Source: a virus (lineage: Duplodnaviria; Heunggongvirae; Uroviricota; Caudoviricetes). From it: a DNA stretch of 64,000 nt. The stretch lies in the IMG/VR virus record IMGVR_UViG_3300027819_000008, positions 27,405 to 91,404 of that record, one strand, 5' to 3'. Below are positions 32,469 to 40,483 of this stretch, piece after piece (the stretch's first letter is position 1; each line of letters opens with the position of its first letter). Both the position numbers and the translations under genes were made by a program. A model generated the notes under the pieces. That model saw only the letters and a list, made by a program, of their open reading frames with translations, was not told the DNA's origin and made no database searches.

Positions 32469-34091
32469 CTATGACCCGAGGTGCCACTTGCCGTCTATGA
32501 TGTTGATCAGCGCTCGCTTACCATTCGGGTAAATGACGCAGTGGGTGTGGAGCCAGCCGCTCGGGTACCCGGCGCCGTAGGTCAGGTTCAGGAGGCTGCT
32601 GGTGCCGACCTGGTAGGCGCCGTCCATGATCCCGGGCGAGTGAGCGTGACCGATGACCGACCGGACGCCCAGCTTGCGGAACCCCTCGCGCGAGCCCCGC
32701 GTTCCACCCGGGCCGCGGTCCCCGTGGTAGCTGACCTCTATGCCCTTGATTTGGTACGCGTGGTCCCGGCGGAGGAACACCGTCTGCTTGGCGGTCTTGA
32801 GCTTCTTCATGCCCCAGTAGGCGAAGGGGTCCCGGACCGAGACGCCCGCGGGGGTCCACCGCGTCTCCGTGGAGCGCAGCACCGCGAGGTACGTCTCCGC
32901 CCAGAACATGCAGTTCTCGGGGTCGCGCCGTGGGTCGGTGTTCTCGACCCACTCGCGCAGGAAGTCGTGGTGGTTGGAGGCGACCAGGACGTTGCGCGCG
33001 TCGGCGGGCGTGACCCGGTCGATGAACTCGAAGGTCCGGTTGATCTCCGCCTCGACGTTCCGGCGCCCCGAGTGGTGCTTCACGTACTCGTGGAAGGCTC
33101 GGCCGCGCTCGTGGTGGTTGTTGGACTGGCCGTCGAAGACGTCGTGCCAGACCAGCTGCTCGGGCCGCAGCGACTTTACGATGGAGTCGGGAGCCGTGAA
33201 GGTTGCGGCGACGACCGCCGGGTCTATTACCTCCACGTGGGTGTCTCCCATGACGAGAGCCGGCACTCGCTCGTAGCGCCGTATCTCGTCCCCGTCGTAC
33301 TCCGCGAGCAGGTCGCAGAAAGAACCGTCCTTGGTCATGTTGAGCTGGCGCAGGTGAAACGCGTCGCCCTCGAGCTCGACCACAATCGCACCGAAGGTAT
33401 GGTGGAACTCGCCCTTCTTGCCGGCCTTTGACGGGATGTAGTTCTTTTTGGTGACCGAGCCCGTCGTGGACAAAACCTTGGGAAGCTTCTGCTGCGGCGT
33501 TGGGATCGTCAAGAGCTCCAGCTTCGGGTGGCCGACGATTCCGGACCGGGGTCCGGTGATCGTCTCCAGGCCGTCCAGGGGACGGGTCGCGGTCGGCTGC
33601 ATCGCGATGTCTCCGAGCAGGACCAGGTGGCGGTTCAGGTCAACCCTCCGGTTGATCAGGTAAGGCAGGACCTCAGCCGTCCACCAATCGTCGTGCTGGG
33701 CCTTCGCGGACCACATGCTCGTTGGGTTCTTGTAGCGGTACGGGATTACCAGGAGCTGGGCCCCGCGGTCCCGACAGTAGGTAATCAGGGACTTCATGGC
33801 GTTGGCGTGAACCGGAGTTGCGTTCTGCGCCGCGGTGACCACGTAGATGGCCGGGCCCTTTCGGCTGCCGAGGATCGCCTTGCGCAGCGACTCGGCGGTT
33901 TCCTTTGGGACGCCGCTCATGGCCTCCAGCTCGGACCCGACTGCGTCCGTTCCGTGCCACGTGCACTTCAGGCGCTGCGCGACGCGGTGGGTGTAGCGCA
34001 GCCTGCCTCCTCGTGAGGAAGCCCGGCGAAATACGGGTTCGTGGCACTCCGGGCAGAACGTGGTGTGACTCGGCGTGCGCGCTGCTGCCAA
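32469..34091 (-). CDS. calcineurin-like metallophosphoesterase with N-terminal zinc ribbon
   Basis: LVMGDTHVE (GDxH), LVASNHHDFL (GNHD/E) and SVIGHAHSPGI (GHxH) motifs. N-terminal CPECH. Confidence 0.6.
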   Translation of the reverse strand: MAAARTPSHTTFCPECHEPVFRRASSRGGRLRYTHRVAQRLKCTWHGTDAVGSELEAMSGVPKETAESLRKAILGSRKGPAIYVVTAAQNATPVHANAMKSLITYCRDRGAQLLVIPYRYKNPTSMWSAKAQHDDWWTAEVLPYLINRRVDLNRHLVLLGDIAMQPTATRPLDGLETITGPRSGIVGHPKLELLTIPTPQQKLPKVLSTTGSVTKKNYIPSKAGKKGEFHHTFGAIVVELEGDAFHLRQLNMTKDGSFCDLLAEYDGDEIRRYERVPALVMGDTHVEVIDPAVVAATFTAPDSIVKSLRPEQLVWHDVFDGQSNNHHERGRAFHEYVKHHSGRRNVEAEINRTFEFIDRVTPADARNVLVASNHHDFLREWVENTDPRRDPENCMFWAETYLAVLRSTETRWTPAGVSVRDPFAYWGMKKLKTAKQTVFLRRDHAYQIKGIEVSYHGDRGPGGTRGSREGFRKLGVRSVIGHAHSPGIMDGAYQVGTSSLLNLTYGAGYPSGWLHTHCVIYPNGKRALINIIDGKWHLGS

Positions 34092-34135
34092 TACTTACCT
34101 CTTCAAAAGATATATCCGAAGGTTGACGGTGTGTT

Positions 34136-34762
34136 CTATGGCAGCAGGAACCCGGCCGCGCACCCGATCCCCGCGCCGACGAGCGTCCCGATGCCGGGGA
34201 ACACGGCGCTGCCTCCGAGGGCTCCAGACGCGCAGCCCGCGATGGTGCGCGCCTTGCGCGTCTCCCGGGCGGCCTCCGCGCGCACATCATCCACGCGGGC
34301 CTTCCAATGGTCGGCGCGCTCCTCGTCGATGCGCGCGAGGTCGCGCAGCTTGTCGGACTTCTGGCGCTCCAGGTCCAGGAGCTCGCGCAGGGCCGCGCTC
34401 TTGGCCTGCTCCAGCTCCAGGCGCTCCTGCAGCAGGGCGTTCGTCCGGCCGAACTCGCGCCCAGCCGCGGCCTCCCCAAGCAGGCGCACGTAGTCCGCGC
34501 GCGGGGACCAGAACCCCTCGTCGGACTCCTGGGCTCCAGCGCCGGACGGGAAGACGGTGAGCGAGATCAGGATCAGCAGGAGCGCCCAGGCGAGCACCCA
34601 CCAGTTGCGCTCAGCCGCCGTGAGGAACGCCCCGAACGCACTGCTGCACTCGTACTTGGTCAGTGGCCGCCCGTTCCACGGCCGCCACCGCTCCACGTCG
34701 CCGTCGAACACGGGGGGCAGGGAGGCGGACCAGACCTTGGCGAGCTGGATGGTGTCAGTCAC
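34136..34762 (-). CDS. membrane protein with coiled coil and C-terminal glycine-zipper helix (spanin-like)
   Basis: GTG overlaps the upstream TGA. TM segment WWVLAWALLLILISL, coiled coil, then GALGGSAVFPGIGTLVGAGIGCAAGF. Confidence 0.35.
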   Translation of the reverse strand: MTDTIQLAKVWSASLPPVFDGDVERWRPWNGRPLTKYECSSAFGAFLTAAERNWWVLAWALLLILISLTVFPSGAGAQESDEGFWSPRADYVRLLGEAAAGREFGRTNALLQERLELEQAKSAALRELLDLERQKSDKLRDLARIDEERADHWKARVDDVRAEAARETRKARTIAGCASGALGGSAVFPGIGTLVGAGIGCAAGFLLP

Positions 34763-35151
34763 CGCGGGCGCCGCGCCGGGACGGCCTCGTAGCCGAGCGC
34801 CCGCGCCTGCTCCACCACCTCGGGCGCGGTGCCGGTCGCGGCGAGCACCTCGAAGGTCCGGCGCGTCTGGGCCAGCTGGGCGCCGGCCTGGCGCAGCTTC
34901 TCGTCGGTCGCGCGCGCCTGCACCTCGATGCGCCCGATGTTGGCCTCCAGGCGCGCGGCGCGCCGGTCGAGGTCCGCGATCCCCGCCTGGGCCGCGGCCT
35001 TCGCCGCCTTGCTCGCCACCTCCACCTGCTGGTCCTGCTGGGCGCGCAGCGCGTCCAGCTGGGACGTCAGGGACCAGCGGTCGAGCACGATGGCGGCGAC
35101 CAGCGCGAGGATCACCCAAAACCAGACCGGCACGTGGCGAAGCAGGCTCAC
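34759..35151 (-). CDS. i-spanin (Rz)-like: N-terminal TM segment + periplasmic coiled coil
   Basis: GTG overlaps the holin-like TGA. TM segment VPVWFWVILALVAAIVL followed by a coiled coil. Confidence 0.4.
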   Translation of the reverse strand: MSLLRHVPVWFWVILALVAAIVLDRWSLTSQLDALRAQQDQQVEVASKAAKAAAQAGIADLDRRAARLEANIGRIEVQARATDEKLRQAGAQLAQTRRTFEVLAATGTAPEVVEQARALGYEAVPARRPR

Positions 35152-35447
35152 GGTGTCCCCGTGCTGGGCCCACCGCCGTTGGTGTGGCCGTTCCCGTTGC
35201 CGTTGGCCTTGCCGTTGCCGTTGCTCCACTTGAGCCGGATCCACTCCTTCAGCAATTCGGGGACGACCAGGATGCCCCCGACGACGCCGAATAGCCACGC
35301 CAGGGCCTCGGTCGGCGGGGCGACCCAGACGACCTTGAGGAATCCGGCAATGAGGGCGCCGGCCCCGCCGAGGCGGATGAGCTTGGTCGTGGAGCGGCGC
35401 CCGGTGGCCTCGTCGTCCAGGAACTCATCCAGCCGCAGGCGCGTCAC
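35148..35447 (-). CDS. holin-like two-TM small protein
   Basis: Two hydrophobic helices and an Asn/Gly-rich polar C-terminus. GTG overlaps the upstream TGA. Confidence 0.4.
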   Translation of the reverse strand: MTRLRLDEFLDDEATGRRSTTKLIRLGGAGALIAGFLKVVWVAPPTEALAWLFGVVGGILVVPELLKEWIRLKWSNGNGKANGNGNGHTNGGGPSTGTP

Positions 35448-35602
35448 CGCATTTCCTCCCGCCGCGTTAGGTCCTCACGCCGCTGGGCACGCGACACGAA
35501 GCCGATCGCCCGGCTGTTTCCGAGCAGTACCTGGTGGGGGTTGCACATGCAGCGCGCGGAGGCCCGCTGCTTGATCGGTCGGCGCCTCTTGTGGTGAGCC
35601 AT
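35444..35602 (-). CDS. small basic protein (52 aa)
   Basis: ATG overlaps the hydrolase TGA (TGATG). Its TGA overlaps the holin-like GTG. Sequence MAHHKRRRPIKQRASARCMC... Confidence 0.35.
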   Translation of the reverse strand: MAHHKRRRPIKQRASARCMCNPHQVLLGNSRAIGFVSRAQRREDLTRREEMR

Positions 35603-36072
35603 CAGGTCCGCTCGTCCGTCTCCGGACGCTCGCGCACCGTCCACCAGCAGTCCTCGCCGGCGCGGATGCGCGGGATGACCTTGGCCTTCAGCGCCTTGAG
35701 CGCCGCCCCCGACGCCCCGATCCAGTTGTCGGTCTTGGACGCCTGCTCCTGGCCAACCAAGGGGCAGCCCTCAGTGTCGTCGGCCTTGTTACCTGCGTGG
35801 ACGCGGATGTACTTGAAGCCCGGCACGCTGATCAGGGTCAGGGTGTCCGGCCCAAACCGCGCGGAGTGCTCCAGGACCACGCGGTAGCGGCCGGTCGGAA
35901 TGGCCGTCTTGCCCTGAACCTTCACGCGTTCGATCTCGCCGGGCGGCGTCTCGGAGTCGAGGTCCCGCGCCCGGTCCTCCAGCGTCCAGCACTCGCGCGC
36001 CCCGTTCAGGGAGAGCTCGCCCTCTGTCGCGTCGTCGGTGAACCAGCGCCGCGTGGCGACGAGGTCGATCAT
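35602..36072 (-). CDS. putative cell-wall hydrolase with L,D-peptidase (YkuD)-like His...Cys signature
   Basis: FKYIRVHAGNKADDTEGCPLVG gives a His-x10-Cys spacing. Adjacent to the holin and spanin candidates. Confidence 0.3.
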   Translation of the reverse strand: MIDLVATRRWFTDDATEGELSLNGARECWTLEDRARDLDSETPPGEIERVKVQGKTAIPTGRYRVVLEHSARFGPDTLTLISVPGFKYIRVHAGNKADDTEGCPLVGQEQASKTDNWIGASGAALKALKAKVIPRIRAGEDCWWTVRERPETDERT

Positions 36073-36203
36073 CGTCCGCTGCGAAACGCGTCCTTGACAG
36101 CCGCCGCCGAACGCACGACACCCGATCCGAAGCGGTAGTGCAGGTACCCACCCGCGCCGAGCCCGATGACCAGGAACACCAGTGACACGATCACGTAGCC
36201 CAT
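36069..36203 (-). CDS. small single-TM protein (44 aa; below the ORF-track cut-off)
   Basis: ATG with a GGAAGGGA Shine-Dalgarno site. Its TGA overlaps the hydrolase ATG (ATGA). TM segment VIVSLVFLVIGLGAGGYL. Confidence 0.4.
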   Translation of the reverse strand: MGYVIVSLVFLVIGLGAGGYLHYRFGSGVVRSAAAVKDAFRSGR

Positions 36204-36207
36204 CGGC

Positions 36208-36495
36208 CTATCCCTTCCAGAACGCGAGCGCCTTGGCGGCGGCCAGCAGTGAGGTGACGCCGGCGGCGACCCCGACGCACCAGGTGCGGAAGCGCTCCAG
36301 CCCGCGCACGCGCTTCTCGAGCGCGGCCCGCGCCTTGGCCTCTCCCTCGGTGTGGCGGTCGAACGCGGCGGCGATGTCCCGAAAGCCCTTGTTCATGTCC
36401 TCGCGCAGGCGCGAGTGCCCGCGGTCGAGCTCCGTGACGATGGCGCGGAGTCCCCCGAGCTGCGTGGCGACCTGGATGTCCCGGTCCTCAGCCAT
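36208..36495 (-). CDS. hypothetical protein (95 aa; C-terminal TM helix)
   Basis: ATG at 36495 (MAEDRDIQVATQLGGLRAIVTEL...). The track N-terminus is junk. Confidence 0.35.
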   Translation of the reverse strand: MAEDRDIQVATQLGGLRAIVTELDRGHSRLREDMNKGFRDIAAAFDRHTEGEAKARAALEKRVRGLERFRTWCVGVAAGVTSLLAAAKALAFWKG

Positions 36496-36509
36496 CGCCG
36501 TTACTCCCC

Positions 36510-36887
36510 CTACGCGCGGACCTTGAAGGCGTGGCCCACGAGGCCGATGTCCATGCAGGCAGTGGCCCACGCGGTTATCTTCAGGCTGTTGTTGATGTTG
36601 ATGCCGGGCAGCACGAGCGTCGGCCCCGGGAGCGCCTGGTCGCGGACGACCAGCGCGTGAACCATGTCGGCGGTGGAGTCCGTGCCAATCTGGAGAAACA
36701 GCTGGCGCGAGCACGCCGTTGCGGTCGCGTAGGGGAACGCCCAGAGCCAGACCTCGTCCACGTTGTCGGCGCCGGTGACGGCGGCGTCCACGGTGTGCAC
36801 AACCATGTTGCAGGAGGCCGCGAGCGCGGCGACCGTGATCGGCCGCCCGCTCGTCGACCCCGAGAGGACCACGCGCTGAATTGCCAT
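36510..36887 (-). CDS. tail-associated hypothetical protein
   Basis: Lies directly downstream of the large tail protein. Sequence MAIQRVVLSGSTSGRPITVAAL... Confidence 0.35.
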   Translation of the reverse strand: MAIQRVVLSGSTSGRPITVAALAASCNMVVHTVDAAVTGADNVDEVWLWAFPYATATACSRQLFLQIGTDSTADMVHALVVRDQALPGPTLVLPGININNSLKITAWATACMDIGLVGHAFKVRA

Positions 36888-36895
36888 TGTGAGCG

Positions 36896-39325
36896 TCACC
36901 CACCCATCGCGGAGAGCAGCCGGTTGCGCCCCCCATATACGTTATTATTCTCTGCCGGGTTGCGCCGCGCGAGGGTCCGCTGGGAGTTGGCGTACTGGAT
37001 CGGGACCAGCGCGGGCACTGCGCGCGGCTCGTCGGTGAACGCCTGCGCGAAGGACTCCCGGTCCCAGAACAGGTTGCACGCCTCGCGCAGCGTCGCGCTG
37101 AAGGTCCCGCGCGCGGGGTCGACCGACCGGCCCACGGCGAGGAACGACACGCCGGTCCCGCCGTGCTCGGCCAGAATCACGTGCCCGGTGAACTCCACGA
37201 CGTCGGCCACCTGCAGGGCGATCAGGTTGTACGCCGTGCTGAACTCGCTCTCCATCCGCGGCCGCTTCCACTGGTCGCGCCAGAACCGACCGAGGTCGTC
37301 GCGCATGGTCGTGTCGTGGACCCACGGCAGACTCAGCGTCTCCGGCACTGCGTCCTCGAACCCGGGCTGCGTCAGGTCCTCCCACGTCACGGTGTTGTCG
37401 TACTCGCCGTCCGCCGGATCGTACTGGCTCTCCACCGTCAGGCTGTTGCGAAGTCGCGTGCGGTCAACGCGGTCCAGCAGGGCGGGGGATGACTTTTCCG
37501 CGTCGCTCGCGTAGTCCACCGTGTGGTCCACGCTGGGGCCGTCGTCCAGGAACTTCCACTCCACCTTGCCACCCGCCGCGTAGAGCAGCGCGCGCCCCTC
37601 GCGCAGCGCCTCGGTGCGCAGCGCGGAGAACGAGGTGTAGTCCAGCGAGAGGGCCCACTCGTACCCCTTGGTTGCGTGCTTGGTGCGCGACGCGGCCCAC
37701 GTCGTGCCGAGATCTGCTGACAGCACGCCCGGGGTCGTGGCGTAGAGGCCCAGCACGATCGCCTTCCCGATGTCCGTCGGGTTCTCCAGCAGCAGGTCAG
37801 GCGTGCCGCTGATCGTCCCGCTGCCGTCGTCCTTGATGCCCTGGACCAGCGCCGTGACCTCCCCGATCGTGGCGTCCGCGGACGACTGCGCGCCGGACTG
37901 CCCCACGTCAGGCCAGGTGTAGTAGGCCTCCAGCACCTGGCAGTTCATGGCCGCCGCCGTCCCGTCCCAGAGGAAGCGCCACGTGATGGAGGTGTCGTAG
38001 GAGGGGACCGGCACGGTCACCGTGTACTCCTGCCCGTTCACCATCTCGTCCAGGTAGTCTTGCGTCGACCCGAAGTCGTCCAGGCGCAGCCGCGCGTTGC
38101 TGACCACCGGCGCGCCGTCCGTCCACGTCATCTTCACGCGCACGGTGACCGACTCGGGCTGGACGCTGAGCCGGCTCTTGGCCGGGAACGTCGTCCCAAC
38201 CGCGTTGGTGGACGTCGTATCGGTGTCGGACGCCGGCATCGTGGTCGTGGTGGCGACGGTCTTGCCCGAGCCCAGACAGTAGAAGTCGTAATAGTCCGCC
38301 TCGCTCGACCCCGCGTCCACGTCGATCACGGCGAACGAGTAGCCGGTCACGAGGTCCGTGGCGGCCAGTGTTGTCGTGGTCGTGATGGGGGACGCGACCT
38401 GCACCCCCCGCGCGAAGACGGTGGAGACCGCGTTTGTCCCGCCGTAGATGTTCATCCCGACCGCCAGGCGGAAGGCCTGCGAGCCCGTGCGGACTTTCAG
38501 TACCGACGTGCCCGACTCGTGGAGCGTCCCATCCGAGCTGCTGACCCCGCGCGTCAAGCCCGTGAAGGTCGTGGAGGTCACCCCGGTGTACTGGATCAGC
38601 TCACCGTTGATGAGCAGGTAGCCGCTGGACGAGAACCCCGTCGTGGACTCCACCGTCGCGGTGGCCCCCGTGGCCGAGAGCTCTACCGTCAGCGCGGTCT
38701 TCTTGCCGGCGATCACCGGCAGCGCGGTGATCTTGCGCCCGGTTGCGGTCAGGTCACCGAACAGGACGGGGATGTAGCGGTTCAGGATCGCCGCCGGCGC
38801 GGTCGCGAAGTCGTCGGTCGTGACCTTGACCAGCTCCATCTTGTTCTCGAGGGCCAGCGTCACGTCGCTCATGGAAATTTCAAGCTCGGTCCGCCCCACC
38901 GCCCGCGGCTCGTCCACATAGAAGACGCCGAGCGTCACGAGGTCGCCCGCCGCGGCCGTCTCGCTGAGCGCCTGGGATACCGTCACCTTCGCGTTGGACC
39001 ACTCGTACGTGCTGCGCGTGTTCTGAGGCGTCCAGATGTAGTCGCTCAGCCGCGCCTTGCCGTTAATGGCGCGCGAGTTGTCCAGCGTCACGCTGAACGT
39101 CTCCGGGGAGACCGACGCGTCTTGGAGGTCGAACCGGCTGGTCATCCGGCCCCAGCGCACAACGTATGGCAGCCACTCGGCACCACCGCAGCTGGCGAGG
39201 TGCCGGTCGCTGAACCGGAGCGTGCCGGTGATTGGCTTGGTGAACTCGATCTTGAGCAGCGTGCAGACGTCGGCGTGCGTCTTGAGCGCGGCGGCCTCTG
39301 TCGCGGCGGAGAGCGTGACGGCCAC
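36896..39325 (-). CDS. large distal tail / host-specificity (tail fiber-like) protein
   Basis: 809 aa, Thr/Ser/Gly-rich beta-type composition. Located after the tape measure protein and distal tail genes. Confidence 0.55.
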   Translation of the reverse strand: MAVTLSAATEAAALKTHADVCTLLKIEFTKPITGTLRFSDRHLASCGGAEWLPYVVRWGRMTSRFDLQDASVSPETFSVTLDNSRAINGKARLSDYIWTPQNTRSTYEWSNAKVTVSQALSETAAAGDLVTLGVFYVDEPRAVGRTELEISMSDVTLALENKMELVKVTTDDFATAPAAILNRYIPVLFGDLTATGRKITALPVIAGKKTALTVELSATGATATVESTTGFSSSGYLLINGELIQYTGVTSTTFTGLTRGVSSSDGTLHESGTSVLKVRTGSQAFRLAVGMNIYGGTNAVSTVFARGVQVASPITTTTTLAATDLVTGYSFAVIDVDAGSSEADYYDFYCLGSGKTVATTTTMPASDTDTTSTNAVGTTFPAKSRLSVQPESVTVRVKMTWTDGAPVVSNARLRLDDFGSTQDYLDEMVNGQEYTVTVPVPSYDTSITWRFLWDGTAAAMNCQVLEAYYTWPDVGQSGAQSSADATIGEVTALVQGIKDDGSGTISGTPDLLLENPTDIGKAIVLGLYATTPGVLSADLGTTWAASRTKHATKGYEWALSLDYTSFSALRTEALREGRALLYAAGGKVEWKFLDDGPSVDHTVDYASDAEKSSPALLDRVDRTRLRNSLTVESQYDPADGEYDNTVTWEDLTQPGFEDAVPETLSLPWVHDTTMRDDLGRFWRDQWKRPRMESEFSTAYNLIALQVADVVEFTGHVILAEHGGTGVSFLAVGRSVDPARGTFSATLREACNLFWDRESFAQAFTDEPRAVPALVPIQYANSQRTLARRNPAENNNVYGGRNRLLSAMGG

Positions 39326-39326
39326 G

Positions 39327-40085
39327 CTACAGCCCCTCGCGGAAGGTCAGCGCAACGACGCGCAGGAAGGTCCCGTCCGCGAGCTTGTGGACGCGGCGCG
39401 CCTCCAGGCGCGGGGTCACCAGCTCGACCCACCGCGCGGAGCCGTCCACGTCCAGCAGGGGGAACTGCTTGGCCCCCTCCCCGACGTCCTCGAACCACGT
39501 GGTGAGGTTGTCCCAGTCCGCGCCCGGCAGCACGTTCCACGTCCACCCGAAGCCGCGGCGCATCGTCCCCAGCCGCACCTTGCGGACGACGCCGCCGACC
39601 GACTCCACCATCGCGACGTTCCCCTCCCGCACGTCCTGGGGCCCCGGGTCGTACGCCGGCTCCACGGAGATGGAGACCGCAGCTCCGAGGAAGAACTCCC
39701 CGATGGCCGGCGTGCCGGAGAACGACGGGACGCGGAGCATCCAGTAGCGGATCGTCTGCGTGCCGATCGTCCGGAACACGTCCGTGCCGCTGACCCCCGT
39801 GAAGGTGTCGCGCACCGTGTACGTGATGTCGTCCGGGGAGCTCTCCAGCGTGATGCCGACCACGCTGAAGTTGTGGGCGTGGAGCGAGAACTCGGTGAGC
39901 GCCGACGGCGACGCGCTGAGGTCGACCTTGATCTGCCACTCCGCGGCCGACCCACCGGCGGTGCACAGCGGGGACTTCGCGCGGTCGTACAGCCGCGTCG
40001 CGGTCGACCCCGACGCGATCGTGGACGTCGTGACGGAGGTCGCCGTCTCCAGCAGGTTGTCACCGAGCAGCTTGGGCGCGCTCAC
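39327..40085 (-). CDS. distal tail protein (Dit-like)
   Basis: 252 aa. Second gene after the tape measure protein. Confidence 0.45.
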   Translation of the reverse strand: MSAPKLLGDNLLETATSVTTSTIASGSTATRLYDRAKSPLCTAGGSAAEWQIKVDLSASPSALTEFSLHAHNFSVVGITLESSPDDITYTVRDTFTGVSGTDVFRTIGTQTIRYWMLRVPSFSGTPAIGEFFLGAAVSISVEPAYDPGPQDVREGNVAMVESVGGVVRKVRLGTMRRGFGWTWNVLPGADWDNLTTWFEDVGEGAKQFPLLDVDGSARWVELVTPRLEARRVHKLADGTFLRVVALTFREGL

Positions 40086-40483
40086 CGGCTACCCTCCACG
40101 CCACCCCGCCCGGAGCGGATCGGGTTGTTGCTGCCGAACACCGCGCGCTCGAAGGCGGCCAGGAACGGCCCGGCCTGCCGGCGCTCGATCGCGTGCTGGA
40201 GAGTCGCGACCAGGTCGAACTCATCCATGCGCTGCCCCATCTCCCGCGCCAGCCGGTCCAGGAACGTGCGGTCCTGGAAGATGCCCTCCTGTAGCAGCTT
40301 GCTCAGCAGGAGGCCCTGGCGCGTGTTGACCATGCCGACCTCGGCGTCCCCGTTGGCCATTCCGATCGTCATTGCCTGGAGCGTGTTGACGAGCACGTTG
40401 ATGTGGGCGGCTGAAGCGAGGGCCTTGCCGCCGAGCTCCTCGATCTTCGCGCCCGCCCGCTCCGCCGCGTCCTCGATGGCCAT
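40082..40483 (-). CDS. tail protein (first gene after the tape measure protein)
   Basis: 133 aa, overlapping start and stop with both neighbours. Confidence 0.35.
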   Translation of the reverse strand: MAIEDAAERAGAKIEELGGKALASAAHINVLVNTLQAMTIGMANGDAEVGMVNTRQGLLLSKLLQEGIFQDRTFLDRLAREMGQRMDEFDLVATLQHAIERRQAGPFLAAFERAVFGSNNPIRSGRGGVEGSR

